A DNA stretch of 61,479 nt, filler included, from Catajapyx aquilonaris (lineage: Eukaryota): the NCBI GenBank assembly GCA_000934665.2. It is 3 parts of 3 records of this genome, joined end to end, with 100 filler letters (N's around TTAATTAATTAA, not from the genome) between each part and the next. Parts side by side here need not be neighbours in the genome. Positions count along the whole stretch, not along the records: positions 20,484 to 40,866 come from JYFJ02006269.1; positions 40,967 to 61,479 come from KZ539507.1; 1 more part is not named here. One strand, 5' to 3'. Below, one piece after another: positions 28,251-45,883 of this stretch. The number at the start of each line of letters is the position of its first letter. The first letter of the stretch is position 1. Made by a program: the position numbers and the translations under genes. Under the pieces are notes generated by a model. That model searched no databases and was not told the DNA's origin. It was given only the letters and a program-made list of their open reading frames with translations.

Positions 28251-31200
28251 ATGGCTACGACTGTGGACAACGCTTTCAAGGTGATCCCGAGGAACTCCAC
28301 CTGCTTCTACATATGGAGGATAGAGGTACGGAGTCGTACTGTAACAGAAAATTGATGAATTAATCGCACTGTAACGGAAAATGCATGAATTAATCGCACT
28401 GTAACGGAAAATGCAAGAATTAATCGCACTGTAGCGGAAAATGCATTGATTTAGTCGTTCTGTAACAGAAAATGCATTAATGAGCCGTTCGCCACTTACA
28501 GAAAATGCAGGTGATGACGGTGCCGCGAGATCAGTACGGCAAGTTCTTCACTGGCGACTCGTACATTATCTTTAGTGTCACCGAGTCTGGAAGCCCGGGC
28601 GGTGTCGCATGCAAGGTAAGTGCGATTGCTATTTCGCTGTATGGCGTAATTTGGTAATACTTGCTTTATCTGCAGACACGTGAGGCCAAGTCGGGCGAAC
28701 AGCTTGAGATGCATGTCCACTTCTGGCTGGGGAAGGAAACAAGTGCGGATGAAGCTGGAGTCGCGGCGTACAAGACTGTTGAGCTGGACGATTGGCTCGG
28801 AGGTGCTCCGGTTCAGCATAGAGAAGTCGAGGGAAGGGAGTCGGGTCGGTTCCTGGCGTACTTCACGGATGGGATTCGGATCCTGCAGGGTGGCGTGGCG
28901 TCCGGGTTCAGGCATGTGGACAACGTGGTGGAGCCCCGGTTGTACCAGGTCAAAGGTCGGCGCAGGCCGGTGGTGCGGCAGATGCCAACGGTGTCGTGGG
29001 ATCACATCAACGACGGGGATGCGTACGTGCTGCAGGTGCCGGAAGCCGTGTTTGTGTGGACCGGACGGAACGCCAACCACATGGAAAAGCTGCAGGTAAA
29101 TATTAACAACAAAAAATTTGTGTGACACTCACTAATCGCTGCGTATTACAGTCGGCCAAGACTGCGCAGAAGTTACGCGGCGAGGCTCCGAAGCCTATCA
29201 GCATCGTGTTCGTCGAGGACGGCAAAGAGCGTGACCTTCCGGATGCTGAGCGGACCGTGTTCAACCGTCATCTGGAGCTCAAAAAGCGGGTGGTTAAACC
29301 GGCTGCCGAAGCTCCGTCCGACGAGGAGCAAGAGAAGCGAGTCAGTTGCGACATCCGCCTGTACCGCTGTTCAGACGAGGACGGGACGTTGCGTGTGACT
29401 GAAGTCAAGACCGGTCCGCTCTCCCAGAACGACCTGATATCGGACGACTCGTTCATCGTTGACGTTGGCGAGCAAGGAATCTGGGTGTGGATCGGACGCA
29501 GAGCCAGCGGGAAAGAGAGGGTCGAAGCGATGCGTAACGCGCAGGGCTTCCTGAAGAAGAAGGGATACGCACATCACACGCACATTGCGCGTGTTGTCGA
29601 CGGAGGCGAGCCGCTTGAGTTCAAGTCGTTGTTCCGCAACTGGAAGGACAGGTTCGAGAGCGGTGCTGGAGGAACCGGCGGGCCACGGTACACGCAAGGA
29701 CGCATCGCACGCACAATCCAGACCAAGTTCGACGCATCGACATTGCACGACACGCCTCAACTGGCAGCGCAAACACAGCTGGTCGACGACGGGTCCGGAA
29801 AAGGCATCGTGTTCCTTGTCCGCGACCATGACGCCAGTCCGCTTCTGCCTAGACGCCACGGCGTTTTCTACGACGGAAACTCGTACATTGTCAGGTACGT
29901 GGCCACTGTTTCGAACAGTAACAATTTCATGAATGTCGACTCGCAGGTATACGTACGAAGCAAACGGGCGTGAGCACATCTTGCTGTACTACTGGCTGGG
30001 AGCAAAGTCGTCAGCTGAAGATCAAGGTACCGCAGCGTTGAAGACAGTGGAGTTGGACGACGAGGTGGACGGACGGGCGGTGCAGGTCAGAGTAGTGCAA
30101 GGGAAGGAGCCGGCTCACTTCATGGCCATTTTCCAAGGGAAGATGATCATATTCCGTGGCGAGGCGCCTAGAGAAGGTGAGCACATTGCCAATTGGTACA
30201 ATCGCAAGTACGAACCATTCGCAATTGCAGATGGCGTCGAGCATGACATGCCGGATCTTCCGATACTGATGCAAGTTCGAGGCCGGTCTGTCCAGGACAC
30301 CGTGTCGATGCAGGTTGAGCTGAGGGCGGCCTCGCTCAACTCCAACGACGTCTTCGTGCTGATGGGAAGCCAGAGCGGAACGTACGTGTGGTGCGGACAG
30401 GGGTCGACCGGGGACGAGCGGGAGATGGCGAAGCAGGTGGCGGGGAAGGCCGGAAAAGGCGAGATGCACACGGTGTTCGAAGGGCAGGAAAAGGACGACT
30501 TCTGGGACGCAATTGGCGGGAAGGAGCCGTACGCCAACGACAAACGTCTGGCGGAATCCAATGAGGCCAGGCCGGCCAGGCTCTTCCAGTGCTCCAATGC
30601 GTCCGGATGCTTCAAAGGTCAGCGTTTCGTCCGATTAATGCGCGTTTAATGCTCACAACCATTTAATTGCAGTTGAGGAGATCACGCATTTCAACCAGAG
30701 CGACCTGGTCGAAGAGGACATGATGCTGCTTGACGCCTGGGACTGCCTGTTCCTCTGGATCGGAAACATGTCCAACAAGGACGAGCAGAAGCTGTCGCAG
30801 GTTGCGGCCAGGGAGTACCTGCAGACGGATCCCGCGGGAAGGGAAGGCGGCGTACCCATCTTCCTGGTGAAGCAAGGGAGCGAGCCGCCCAATTTCACCG
30901 GGTTCTTCGGCGTCTGGGACAGATCCCTGTGGAACGTAAGTCGTTTAGTTACAAGCGCCAACGTTTCGTAATTATTAATTGCGCCAACAGAACAACAAGA
31001 CGTTTGACGAGCTTCGGGAGGAGCTAATGGCCGACAGCCCCCAGATAATGCTCCAGAAGGAAACCGAGGATGAGAATTCCGCAGGAGACGCCTTCGAGGA
31101 CTACCCCAAGTTCCCTCTGGACGTCCTGCGCCTGAAGGATCCGGACGCACTCCCCGATGGAGTCGATCCGACCTTGAAGGAGGTGCATCTGAGCACCGAG

Positions 31201-31296
31201 GATTTCTACAGCCTCTTTCAGATGAAGCCCAACGAGTTCTCGTCTCTTCCCAATTGGAAGAAGCAGTCCATGAAGAAAGCCGCAGGGATTTTTTAA
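28251..31296 (+). CDS. VIL1: Villin/advillin family actin-binding protein, ~845 aa (gelsolin repeats plus C-terminal headpiece), 8 exons: 28251-28325, 28502-28615, 28676-29095, 29152-29894, 29947-30176, 30231-30617, 30673-30935, 30991-31296
   Basis: IWRIE, YGKFFTGDSYI, HFWLGKETSADEAGVAAYKTVELD, YYWLGAKSS, QVRVVQGKEPAHF, SLNSNDVFVL, RLFQCSNASG and headpiece LPNWKKQSMKKAAGIF. Frame-consistent GT-AG introns. Exact orthology (villin/advillin/quail) is not resolved. Confidence 0.95.
28340..28480. repeat. 30-bp tandem repeat in the first coding intron of the villin gene
   Basis: tgtaacggaaaatgcatgaattaatcgcac x~4.5. Confidence 0.85.
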
Positions 31297-31724
31297 AAAA
31301 CCGGTTTTTGTCCGATTTGTTGGGGTTTTTTTTTTTTTTTTGCGGGGGATATGACAGCTGTGGTGCCAAAAAAAAAATTTAATGTGTCCTAATTGTGGGT
31401 TCTAGTACGCACATGATTTACTGTCGCCTTTTTGCCGGGATTGCAGCAGATGCTATTGACGATTTTCAATTTTATTTTTTTAAACAGTACGTTGAGAGCA
31501 TATTTTTAAAAAACCATTGATGTATTACGCCCCAGTCAATTTTGCGATACAGTAAATGTTAGTCACCAGCGACAATCGGTTGGCTTTTTTTCGTCCTCCT
31601 GCTAATCTTCAGCTATCTGACGAGTTATCGCAACTGATATCGAAGCAGAAGGATAGAAAAAACTGTTTCACGCCGGGATAGTAAATTTTTTTTTTTTAAA
31701 GTCGATTGCGTGTAAAAGTAAAGT

Positions 31725-32927
31725 CTAAGAGATGTATGTTTTCTTGATGTGCTTTGCGGACGACTTGTGCAGCCACTTCCGGCAGTCCTTCTTGAAGTTC
31801 TCGACTATTTGTCCGCCTCGCTTCTGGGCTTGGATCACGTGCCTTTTGAACAGCTCGCCGGCCCGGTGGAGCTCGTCTTCCTCCTCGGCGTCTCTCCCGC
31901 ACGTCTCCTCGTCCTCCCCGTCCTCCTCCTTCACCGAGGTTATCTGGTGAGACGCTTCGGACGGGTGCATCACTGGAATCTTCGGATCCCAATTTGCGGG
32001 ATCTTCGTCGTCTGCAATGGAACGATTGGTATACGTCATGCGCACAATCCGGAAGTCGGATCGCTTACCTATCTCGGTTATCGTTGGCGAGTTGCACAGC
32101 CTCCTGACTGGATACTCCACATCGTCCGATTGCTCTTTGACTATCATGTTGTTGTGGATGTACTGCGGGGTAGGAATAGGCGACTCCCACATGTACTCCG
32201 TGGACCACTGCAGGTTCTTCTTGTTCTGAACGCACACCACCTCCTCCACTTCCTCCTCGGGGATTGTCGGCGGGTGGCTGCCTACGTATCTGCAAAGTAC
32301 GTCAGAAGAGAAGTCGAGCCAAGTGTATTTTCAACCGAAATATACTTGTCATGATCCGCGGTCCACCTTTGATCCCGGTACAGCAGATCCAACGGCTGAT
32401 CCTGTAAGACGTCCTCATGCGCTTGGCAGGTATCGGTCAAGTCCACCTCCACAGGGTCTCCGTCTTCACCAAGCGGAGGGTATCCCTGGCTCTCAAGCAG
32501 GACGTTCATGCTCCCATTGTTGTGGCGAAGTGCAAGGGAAATGTCGCTGCTGCTCTCAACCAAAGGGGAATCAGACGCTGGGGTGTTCATTTCCAGTATG
32601 CTCGGAAGCGAGGCGGATCTGCAAGTTAATAGCCGCGTGACAATCAGAATTTTTTTTGTAAACCGAAAGTTGATTTACCCGTGCACCGCTTCGATGTCCG
32701 GGAGATCAGCTTCGGTTAATTCCGACTCGTGAGCAGTGGATGTAGTGGACTCTTCCGCTGAAGGCGTCTCGCTACTGGCAGTGTCTCCAGACGACCTGTA
32801 ACGAGACCATCTGTAGCAATCGAAACACTGAACAAGGTGAGCGCACTTACATGTCAGTTGCGACAGCCGAGTCTTCCGATTCCTGGCTGGAAAAGATCTC
32901 CGAGTCCGTGTCTTGCAGGGCCGTCAT
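31725..32927 (-). CDS. Uncharacterised acidic, probably disordered protein, ~343 aa, 4 exons: 32927-32851, 32795-32679, 32618-32346, 32289-31725
   Basis: Three short GT-AG introns (55-60 nt) join ORFs in matching phase from MTALQDTDSE to KKTYIS*. GC-rich, coding-like composition. No recognisable domain. Confidence 0.72.
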
Positions 32928-33900
32928 TGTCCGTCTGGAGGGAGATCCAGCGGACGGCTTTAATTTTTTTTAAAGTCTAGAACCCGCGAGAATTTCATAC
33001 GAGCTCCAACTAGTAGAACGGCTTGTTTACAAAATGAAAGCGCAATTTCCATGACCACACAATAACTGATTATTCCATGCGTACAGCCGCATTTACATGG
33101 AAACGCGGCATTAAGTTAAACGAAATGACAATCTGACGTCATTCGTTTAACGGACAACCTGTAAGAAATACCGGGCTTTTCCGTCCATTAAACGTTACCA
33201 ATATAGGTAAATTAATTTATTCACAAACATGCAAGAATAATATAATACAATCCTAAAAAAAAAAAAAATTGTAGAGAACAATGTAAAATTGTTCTGCTCG
33301 TATAATAATCGGGGGGGTGGGGGACTTTCCAAGATAAATTAAATGTTTTTCCCCTGCTTGCCTGGTAGCACTTTTTTAATTACCCTGCAATTAGGACAAG
33401 TCCCTCCTAACGCGGTTACAAAAAGGATGTAATTATTCATCTCGTTACAATATATAAAGTATTTTCAGTGTTCGGGGGGGCGGNATCTATACAACATGAT
33501 GTGGGGGGGGGGGAATATACACCTTTTTTTTTCCTCTCATTATTTTTAAAAAACGACCGAACGGTAATAAACTGCGGGGGGGAAATATTGTAGAAAGAGT
33601 GAGCCTAAGTTCAGATAAATCTCAGCGTATCCTCCGCTACTTTAAATGTTTCCGGGAGGGGGGGAGCTTGTAGTAGTAACATGAGGATAAATGCACAGCA
33701 TAAGTTTTCAGACGCATAATTGGACCTTATAAATGACGGCCGGGAGTGTGAGACGGCTGCTTAATAAAATTGTTTTTTGCATATTACAAGTAAAAAAAAA
33801 CACCTGAGAGCAGCCTCACAATTTCCCCGCAACCCTTTGTGAATAATCATGCAAAAAAAGCAGCGGCGGGTTGTTTTCACCACCACCGCTTCCTCGTGGG

Positions 33901-39260
<5,360 letters not shown>

Positions 39261-39594
39261 CCTGCAAAACAAATCGGAAGCACAATAACTCTCCGTACTC
39301 AGTACAAGATCATGCCAACCTCAATGTACCGTATCTGACGGCATACCACCATTTCCGCGTATCATATTCCGGAAAAAAATGTAGTGTCTTTTCGCATATA
39401 ATTGCGATTCGCCATTTTCGGGCAGGAAAATTAAGTGTCGTCAGCAAATTGTTGCCGAACAATTTCGCTGCAGTTAATTTGACAGCGAAATTGTTTATCG
39501 CAGAATCGCTCTGTTCGACAACATGTTGCCGAACAGAGCGATTCTGTGATAAACAATTTCGCACCGTATTTGACAACATGTGCCTCTCACATGT

Positions 39595-39716
39595 TAATTG
39601 TCGTCAGCCTGTTGCACTGTAAAACAAATTTTTTAAACAAAATAATTAAGCTGACGACACTTAATTATATATATTTTTTAAAATTGTTTTACAGTGCAAC
39701 AGGCTGATGACAATTA
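39595..39716. repeat. ~33-bp inverted repeat (hairpin or MITE remnant) upstream of the Rok ATG
   Basis: taattgtcgtcagcctgttgcactgtaaaacaa ... ttgttttacagtgcaacaggctgatgacaatta. Confidence 0.75.
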
Positions 39717-40833
39717 TTTTTTTTAAACAGTTTCACAGTGGATACCGAGTCGCAGACGTTTTGATTTCCCCCGAGGTTAGTATTCTTGGTATGCCACTGA
39801 TACGGTCGATTCTTTCACATATACGTACTCGGCATTGAATCCTATTAAATTCCTTTTGTACAGATAAGGTGCAAGTACATTCCGTTAACATAATTCACGA
39901 CACTTGCTTCATAACTAATTAAACACACAATTTCATAACGGTCAACATGAAAAATTGCATAAAACGGCTCACCCGTCGTTCAAAATTGCAAAATTTTCCA
40001 CCGAGGTGGTTTTAAGATTGAAAATTTTCACAGGTCATTAAACAACGAATAATTTTCACCGGTCATTAAGCAACGGATAATTTCCAACCGTTGTTTCCAA
40101 TTGCAAAATTTCCACCAGTTGGTTTTATTAAAATCGCTACATTATATCCGTGTGGACTTATCGCAATAGAAGGCGATAAAAATTGCAAGGTTATCATAAG
40201 TGTGAGATAAACGCAGGTCTTTTAATAGCGAGTCATCAGTGCTGCATTGAATATGAAATGTAGGAAATATTGTCCCTAATTAGCCTCCAATTGTACTGAT
40301 ATTCGAACGGATGATGGGCTAGGCCTAGTTCGAAGGGAGGTAATTTTTTTTCTTTCTTCTTTTTACCTGCCGCCCCTGGTGTCCTTCGGGGTTGCGGATC
40401 CTCCTGGGGCCAGAGTCCGGCCCTGGGCTGCTGGCCCTCCTCCGCCACCGCCGGTTTGTTCCTTCTATAGGTTTAACACTAAATAAAAACGAAGGAGTGG
40501 AGCACCCCAGGGTCCTCCCATCACCACACTCCCTTCCTTCCTTCCTTCCCCCAACAACGAACTCTGATACTATCGACGCTGCTGCTGCGTCTGGCTGTCC
40601 ATCCCCAGCCCTCGGTGTGTGTGGTCCTCAGTCACAGAGGGTCAAACGGTCAGAAGAACCCGGGTTCTAAGGCTGACAGGGGAAGGTTGTTCCAATGATC
40701 CCTCCTCAGAGAGACTCTCTGCTGAATTCCATCCGGCGGTATGTCATCCCCGGGTGACGTAGACCGGTTTTCAACATTCAACATACCTGCCTTCAACCTA
40801 CAGCTAAGCGCATGCGCACAAGTTCCGAAATTG

Positions 40834-40866
<33 letters not shown>

Positions 40867-40966
40867 NNNNNNNNNNNNNNNNNNNNNNNNNNNNNNNNNN
40901 NNNNNNNNNNTTAATTAATTAANNNNNNNNNNNNNNNNNNNNNNNNNNNNNNNNNNNNNNNNNNNN
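40867..40966. other. Artificial scaffold spacer (N44-TTAATTAATTAA-N44)
   Basis: Same 100-nt structure as 20384-20483. Confidence 0.97.
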
Positions 40967-41211
40967 GACATTTCTTAGTCATGGTTATTTCACCCGGACA
41001 TTTCTTAGTCATGGTTATTTAACCTGGACATTTCTTAGTCATGGTTATTTAACCCGGACATTTCTTAGTCATGGTTATTTAACCCGGACATTTCTTAGTC
41101 ATGGTTATTTAACCCGGACCCATGACTAAGAAATGTCCGGGTTAAATAACCATGACAAAAGTGATCTTTTTTCCGGGATAAATACATTTAACCCGGACAT
41201 TTCTTAGAGTG
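40967..41211. mobile_element. MITE family 2 (TIR CACTCTAAGAAATGTCCGGGTTAAA) with 30-bp internal tandem repeat, left-truncated
   Basis: ccggacatttcttagtcatggttatttaac x~5; ends TTCTTAGAGTG followed by TA. Confidence 0.8.
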
Positions 41212-41301
41212 TAGGCAACACTTTTATGCAACAAGTGAACTAATTGTTTTCTACAGATTGACATTATTCTATTATGCAAATTATTTCATGTTCTTACTCA
41301 G

Positions 41302-42445
41302 TCAGACCTCAGCAGAACAGGGCAGCAGCCAGACAGACAGGCGCCAAATGCACTCTACCAGGATCCGTCATCATTTTGGCTGCTTCAGTGAGTCACAACT
41401 CCAACATGAGTAATATCACACACCTAATGCGCATATGTCACAGAATAGTCCTCAATTCGGCCAATGCTTCGGAAGCAGCAGGCTTGGAGATGCGATCAAA
41501 CGTTGCTCTGACCAAGGTGTCGCCAAACAAAGGATGAATAACAACAATGCAGGTGAGTTGATATAAACTTATATGGAGATCTTAGTTTATTAGCATCAAA
41601 CTTGCAGGTCCAGGAAGGCAGCAAAATAGGATCAGACGACCTCAGCAGAAGATAAGACGACAGAAGAGAGGCGTGGAAGACATGCTGAAAAGAGTTGGCG
41701 ATATGGTCAAAGGATTAATTCCTGAAGAACTGAAGTCGTTGATCAACCCAATCCTTAAAGGAACCATCGGAAACCTGCTGCCTGAGGACTTCAAGAGCTT
41801 CGTGTCCGTGGACATGATCATCGAGCTATTCACCAACATGAAGCTCTGGCAGTTTCTGATAGGCGAAGTTTTTGGAGGAGAAGATGACGAAGAAGATCTG
41901 AGGGAAAATGTGCCCAAAGGATTCCAGAACAAAATGTTGGTAAGTGATGTTGTCTCCTGCACATAATTTTTGTGCGAAATTTTGTTCTTTTTATTTCTAG
42001 TGCTTGGACCAGTGCGTGTATGCAAATGCTGGACTGGTAGGTGTCGCCATTCCCTTGATTTTTATCATATATGTTTGTGTTGTGTTGACGCCCACGTGCG
42101 TGACTTTTTCTACACACAGTTGGGCGAGAACCGGAAGCCCGACCACCAAAAAGTGCTGTCCCTGCTTCGAGGTCAAGCGTCTGAAGGCCACGAGTGGACC
42201 CCTGACCTGGAGGACACTTATTGGAGGTGCATGAAGGAGCAAGCCAATGAGAAAAGAAACGAGGCTTGCTTCAAGCAAGGATGTATAGCTAGCTTTCTAT
42301 CAGCTCAATGCATGCTAGACGTTTTGGCCCAGGTAAGACCCCCACAAAAAATGGCCAAACAAAATTTTTTCTCAAGTAAACAGGAGAGCAATAAAAAGTA
42401 ATTAACATTTTTTTGTTGCAGTTGTGCGGTGCTACCGAAAGGTAA
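41302..42445 (+). CDS. Long OBP-like secreted protein A (5' partial). Exons: 41302-41387, 41444-41552, 41608-41939, 42001-42036, 42120-42332, 42422-42445
   Basis: CTLPGSVIILAA, GQCF, KRC, RRQKR|GV, CLDQCVYANAGL, WRC, EAC, QGC-x8-C-x8-C. Paralogue of genes B-E; signal-peptide exons are not seen in this scaffold. Gene model well supported; the OBP label is inferred from Cys spacing. Confidence 0.8.
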
Positions 42446-42775
42446 CTCATAGAAGACGGATTCAGGCAGGGCAGTGTTGTTACGAAATAAATCAGATTCG
42501 CGAGATTAATGCATCAAAATAGTTGGCGTATTTTTACTCTTTCAGGTTCACATCTCATCACAAAAAAACTGACACTGGTTTGGACTCTTCTGACCTCCGT
42601 ATTAATGCAGAACATGCCAACATTTTTCTATGGTGTGATTATGGGGCGGGGGAGTATTATTGTGAATATGTCCTTCAAAAAATGACTACTCGAGAGAACA
42701 AAAAAAAAGATTCATAATCGCCACCTGCCATCTTTGGACTGAAACGATCTATCTCAGTGTCATCGACAAAAATTT

Positions 42776-42782
42776 TATATAA
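42776..42782 (+). promoter_or_regulatory. TATA-like box upstream of gene B
   Basis: TATATAA 47 nt before the ATG; similar motifs precede genes C and D. Confidence 0.4.
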
Positions 42783-42822
42783 GGAGTACAACTTGTTTAT
42801 TTCCCTCACATAAACTCTCACA

Positions 42823-45284
42823 ATGAAAGCGTGTGGATTGCTCGTAGTTTTGCTGGCATCCAGCATGGTAAGGACTCACTGATCAGTATAGGCATACATA
42901 TTTTTACTGACATTCCTAGCAAATCAATTAATTTTTTTGTTGCATTTACCACTCATGTTTCTTCAAAGGAAGGTTTTCATTGAAGGGTCAGAAATTGACC
43001 ACTTTTCATATATTGGTAAGAAAGTGCTCAAATGTTCAAGACACAAACTATCATCATTGTAGACCGGAATAATTTACAAACATTTGATATCTACAATTGT
43101 ACAATATTACCTAACTTTTCGGAAGTGTAAATAAGCAATTCTTGGAGATTATATTTAACAAATTTCAACCAATTTAATGATTGTCTGGTCCTTGACACAA
43201 AGCAAAATAATTGTTTCCTACTCCGAAATTTTGATGCTAGGCAAGTGCACAAGGAGCTCACAGAAGACAACCGACAAAAAGGGGTAAGTCAACATATTGT
43301 TTAAGTTAGTCAGATTCACTAAAATTTAGTACTCATTAATGCAAAAAAAATTCAGTAACGTTTCCTGAGTTCATAATAATTAGGGTGAGTACATTTCAGC
43401 AGGGCAGGTTCAACAAAAGGCAGCAGGACAAGTCGAAGCTAAATGCAGGTTACCCGGATCAGTCATAATTCTGGCAGCAGCTGTGAGTATCATATTACTT
43501 AAAAATCTCATTTCATTGTTTTTTAAAATAATTAATTCCTCCACTTAGAATCACTCTCAGTTTGGAAAATGCTTTTCGGACAATCGCCTCGGAGATGCCA
43601 TAAAGAAGTGCTCCGAACAAGACCTGGCTAAACAACGAATGAAAAACCGCAACAATGGTGTGTGTAACTTAATGGGCCGTATTCCGAGTCAACAACAAGA
43701 AGTTAGTGCAGTGCTTTAAACCACGGGACCCAGTTCACTAAGAAAAGTCGCATTCAGAGTCGCGCTTTAGGCCTAGTTCGGGCCTAGTGAGGACTTAGTG
43801 CGATCCTGCTAAAGCGGTGCACTAAGGCAAAACTTAGTGAAGGGGACCCCCTTCTTTTGCGTCGAACTAACATCGTACTAGGCAGTGGCGGTAGTTTGAA
43901 AATAAGTTGGCAGCTTTTTAAACTGCTGCTAAGCGATTTTTGGCGCTCAATCTTCATTTGTTTCCCCAGCCTGGGGAAACAAACGAAGATCGTCGCCCTG
44001 GGGATTAAATCAAGATTAGATGAAGCACGAATGAAGATCGTCGCCCGCCGACCCCCAGCTCCGATTTTTTTTGCGTAAATTCGTCATTACTAATTATTTA
44101 ATCATCTAAAATGTGTTTTCAGGTCTACAAAATGTATTAAAATCGAAATAGAGATGCATTAATATTTAAAAGCCCATTTACAGCCTAGACGGTGTCCGAA
44201 AACCTGACTGTGAAATCGTGGCCACACCGCGTCTCGCTAGTGCAGTGTTCGAACCTAGTGCGCTCCTCTAAGCAGGCAGTGAGGCGACTCTGAATGGGAG
44301 CAACTAGTGTGGTGCTAATGCGGACCTAGCGTCGCACTAGTTAGTGTGGACTTATGCGCTGCATTAGCGAACGACTCTGAATACGGCCCAATGTTAATTA
44401 TGCTAATATTAGTGTGATGAAGTGTTCATACTTCAACAAGGAACAAGGTGGAAAATATAGTTATGGATATTGGTGATTAATGTAGATTTTAATAAGCAGG
44501 TCAGCAGAATGGACCACATAAGAAGAGAAGGCGACAGAAGAGGAGCATCGAGATGCTGAAGAGGATAGGAGAGATGATTCAAGGGATAATTCCTAGGCAG
44601 CTGAAGGACATAGTAGATCCGATCCTGAGGGGGACCATAGGAAGCCTCCTTCCAGAGGAGCTCAGAAACATGCTGGGAGTGGACATGATCATATCTCTCT
44701 TCACCAACGCGAATCTTTGGGAGGTTTTGGTCGGAGAAGTGTTCGGAGAAGAAGATTCAGCAGCCCTGCTGGCTGAGAGTCTGCCAAGAGGATTCAAGAA
44801 CAAACTGATGGTGAGTTCACTCACCTTCGGACCTTATTGCGCGATTAATTACAATTCACAATTGTTTGTTTCTAGTGCTTGGATCAGTGCGTCTACAACA
44901 ATGCTGGATTGGTGAGTCCTACCATTTCTTGTTGATGACAAAAAAAAAGTTTTGATATTGTCTGAACTATACACAGTTGGGTGAGAACCAGAAGCCGGAC
45001 CACCAAAAAGTGCTGTACCTGCTTCGAGGTCATGCGACTGAAGGTCACGAGTGGACACCTGACCTGGAGGACACTTATTGGAGGTGCATGAAGGAGCAGG
45101 CAAAGGAGACGAGGAACGATGCCTGCTTCAAGCAAGGGTGTCAGGCCAGTGTCCTCTCGGCCCAGTGCATGCTTGACGTCCTGGCAAGGGTCAGTTCAGG
45201 TCACTTTAAGGGTCATCTTTGATAAACAGTGTTAATAATAGGCATCTCATCACATTTCAGCTGTGCGGCGCTATCAAGAAATGA
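42823..45284 (+). CDS. Long OBP-like secreted protein B, ~287 aa. Exons: 42823-42867, 43241-43283, 43400-43482, 43549-43657, 44500-44810, 44876-44911, 44977-45189, 45261-45284
   Basis: Signal-like MKACGLLVVLLASSMASA; 10 conserved Cys; RRRQKR|SI; 36-nt CLDQC exon; TATA-like motif at 42776. Confidence 0.82.
43674..44389. mobile_element. Non-autonomous DNA transposon (~716 bp) in intron 4 of gene B; PIF/Harbinger-group-like ends
   Basis: 17-bp TIR GGGCCGTATTC(C/A)GAGTC with one mismatch; AAT on both sides. The equivalent intron is only 55-59 nt in genes A and C. Confidence 0.85.
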
Positions 45285-45827
45285 CTTACATAAATGTACA
45301 AATATTTAACGACAATAAAATAATCAATGAGTCTGTAAATGACCAATAAATCAATCAATAAATAACTGAGGTACGTGGATTCATGCAAAGAACGACCTGG
45401 ATAAGTGATTGATTGAAAGAGTTACTTACAAATATTTGATTGATTAAAATAGTTTCTGATTGAAATTAGGTGTTTAGTGATATTTGTGTGTATAAAATTT
45501 AGAATGTTTCAAATTCCGGTTTAAATTGATGGGACATCGATTGCTGTTACGTCAACAACTTGTAGCCTATAGAAAACACGACCGGAATGATGGTCGGATG
45601 ACGGAACTTTTGTGCCCTTAATAAAGTCATGTTGCCTTTTCAGGACAACAAAGAATTATCAGCGTGGAAGTCAGCAGCTTTTTTTGTGTGATTTGAGAAG
45701 TAGGGTGTAATTTTGTCATCTCTTCTCATTTCGGCACGCGGATATTGTGTAGTCGCACCCTTGTTCGCAATCGTCGCTTGCAATCTCTGCCTGAATTATT
45801 ACATACGTTACAATGTCATCGGCGTAA

Positions 45828-45834
45828 TATAAAA
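45828..45834 (+). promoter_or_regulatory. TATA box upstream of gene C
   Basis: TATAAAA 56 nt before the ATG. Confidence 0.45.
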
Positions 45835-45883
45835 ATGTATATACGACATGTGTATTTTCTCACTTCCACTTTCAACGGACACA

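Noticed and set aside
40236..40448. Extra N-terminal Rok coding exon
   Set aside because: No ATG start, and Rok homology begins at 39260; more likely a 5'UTR exon.
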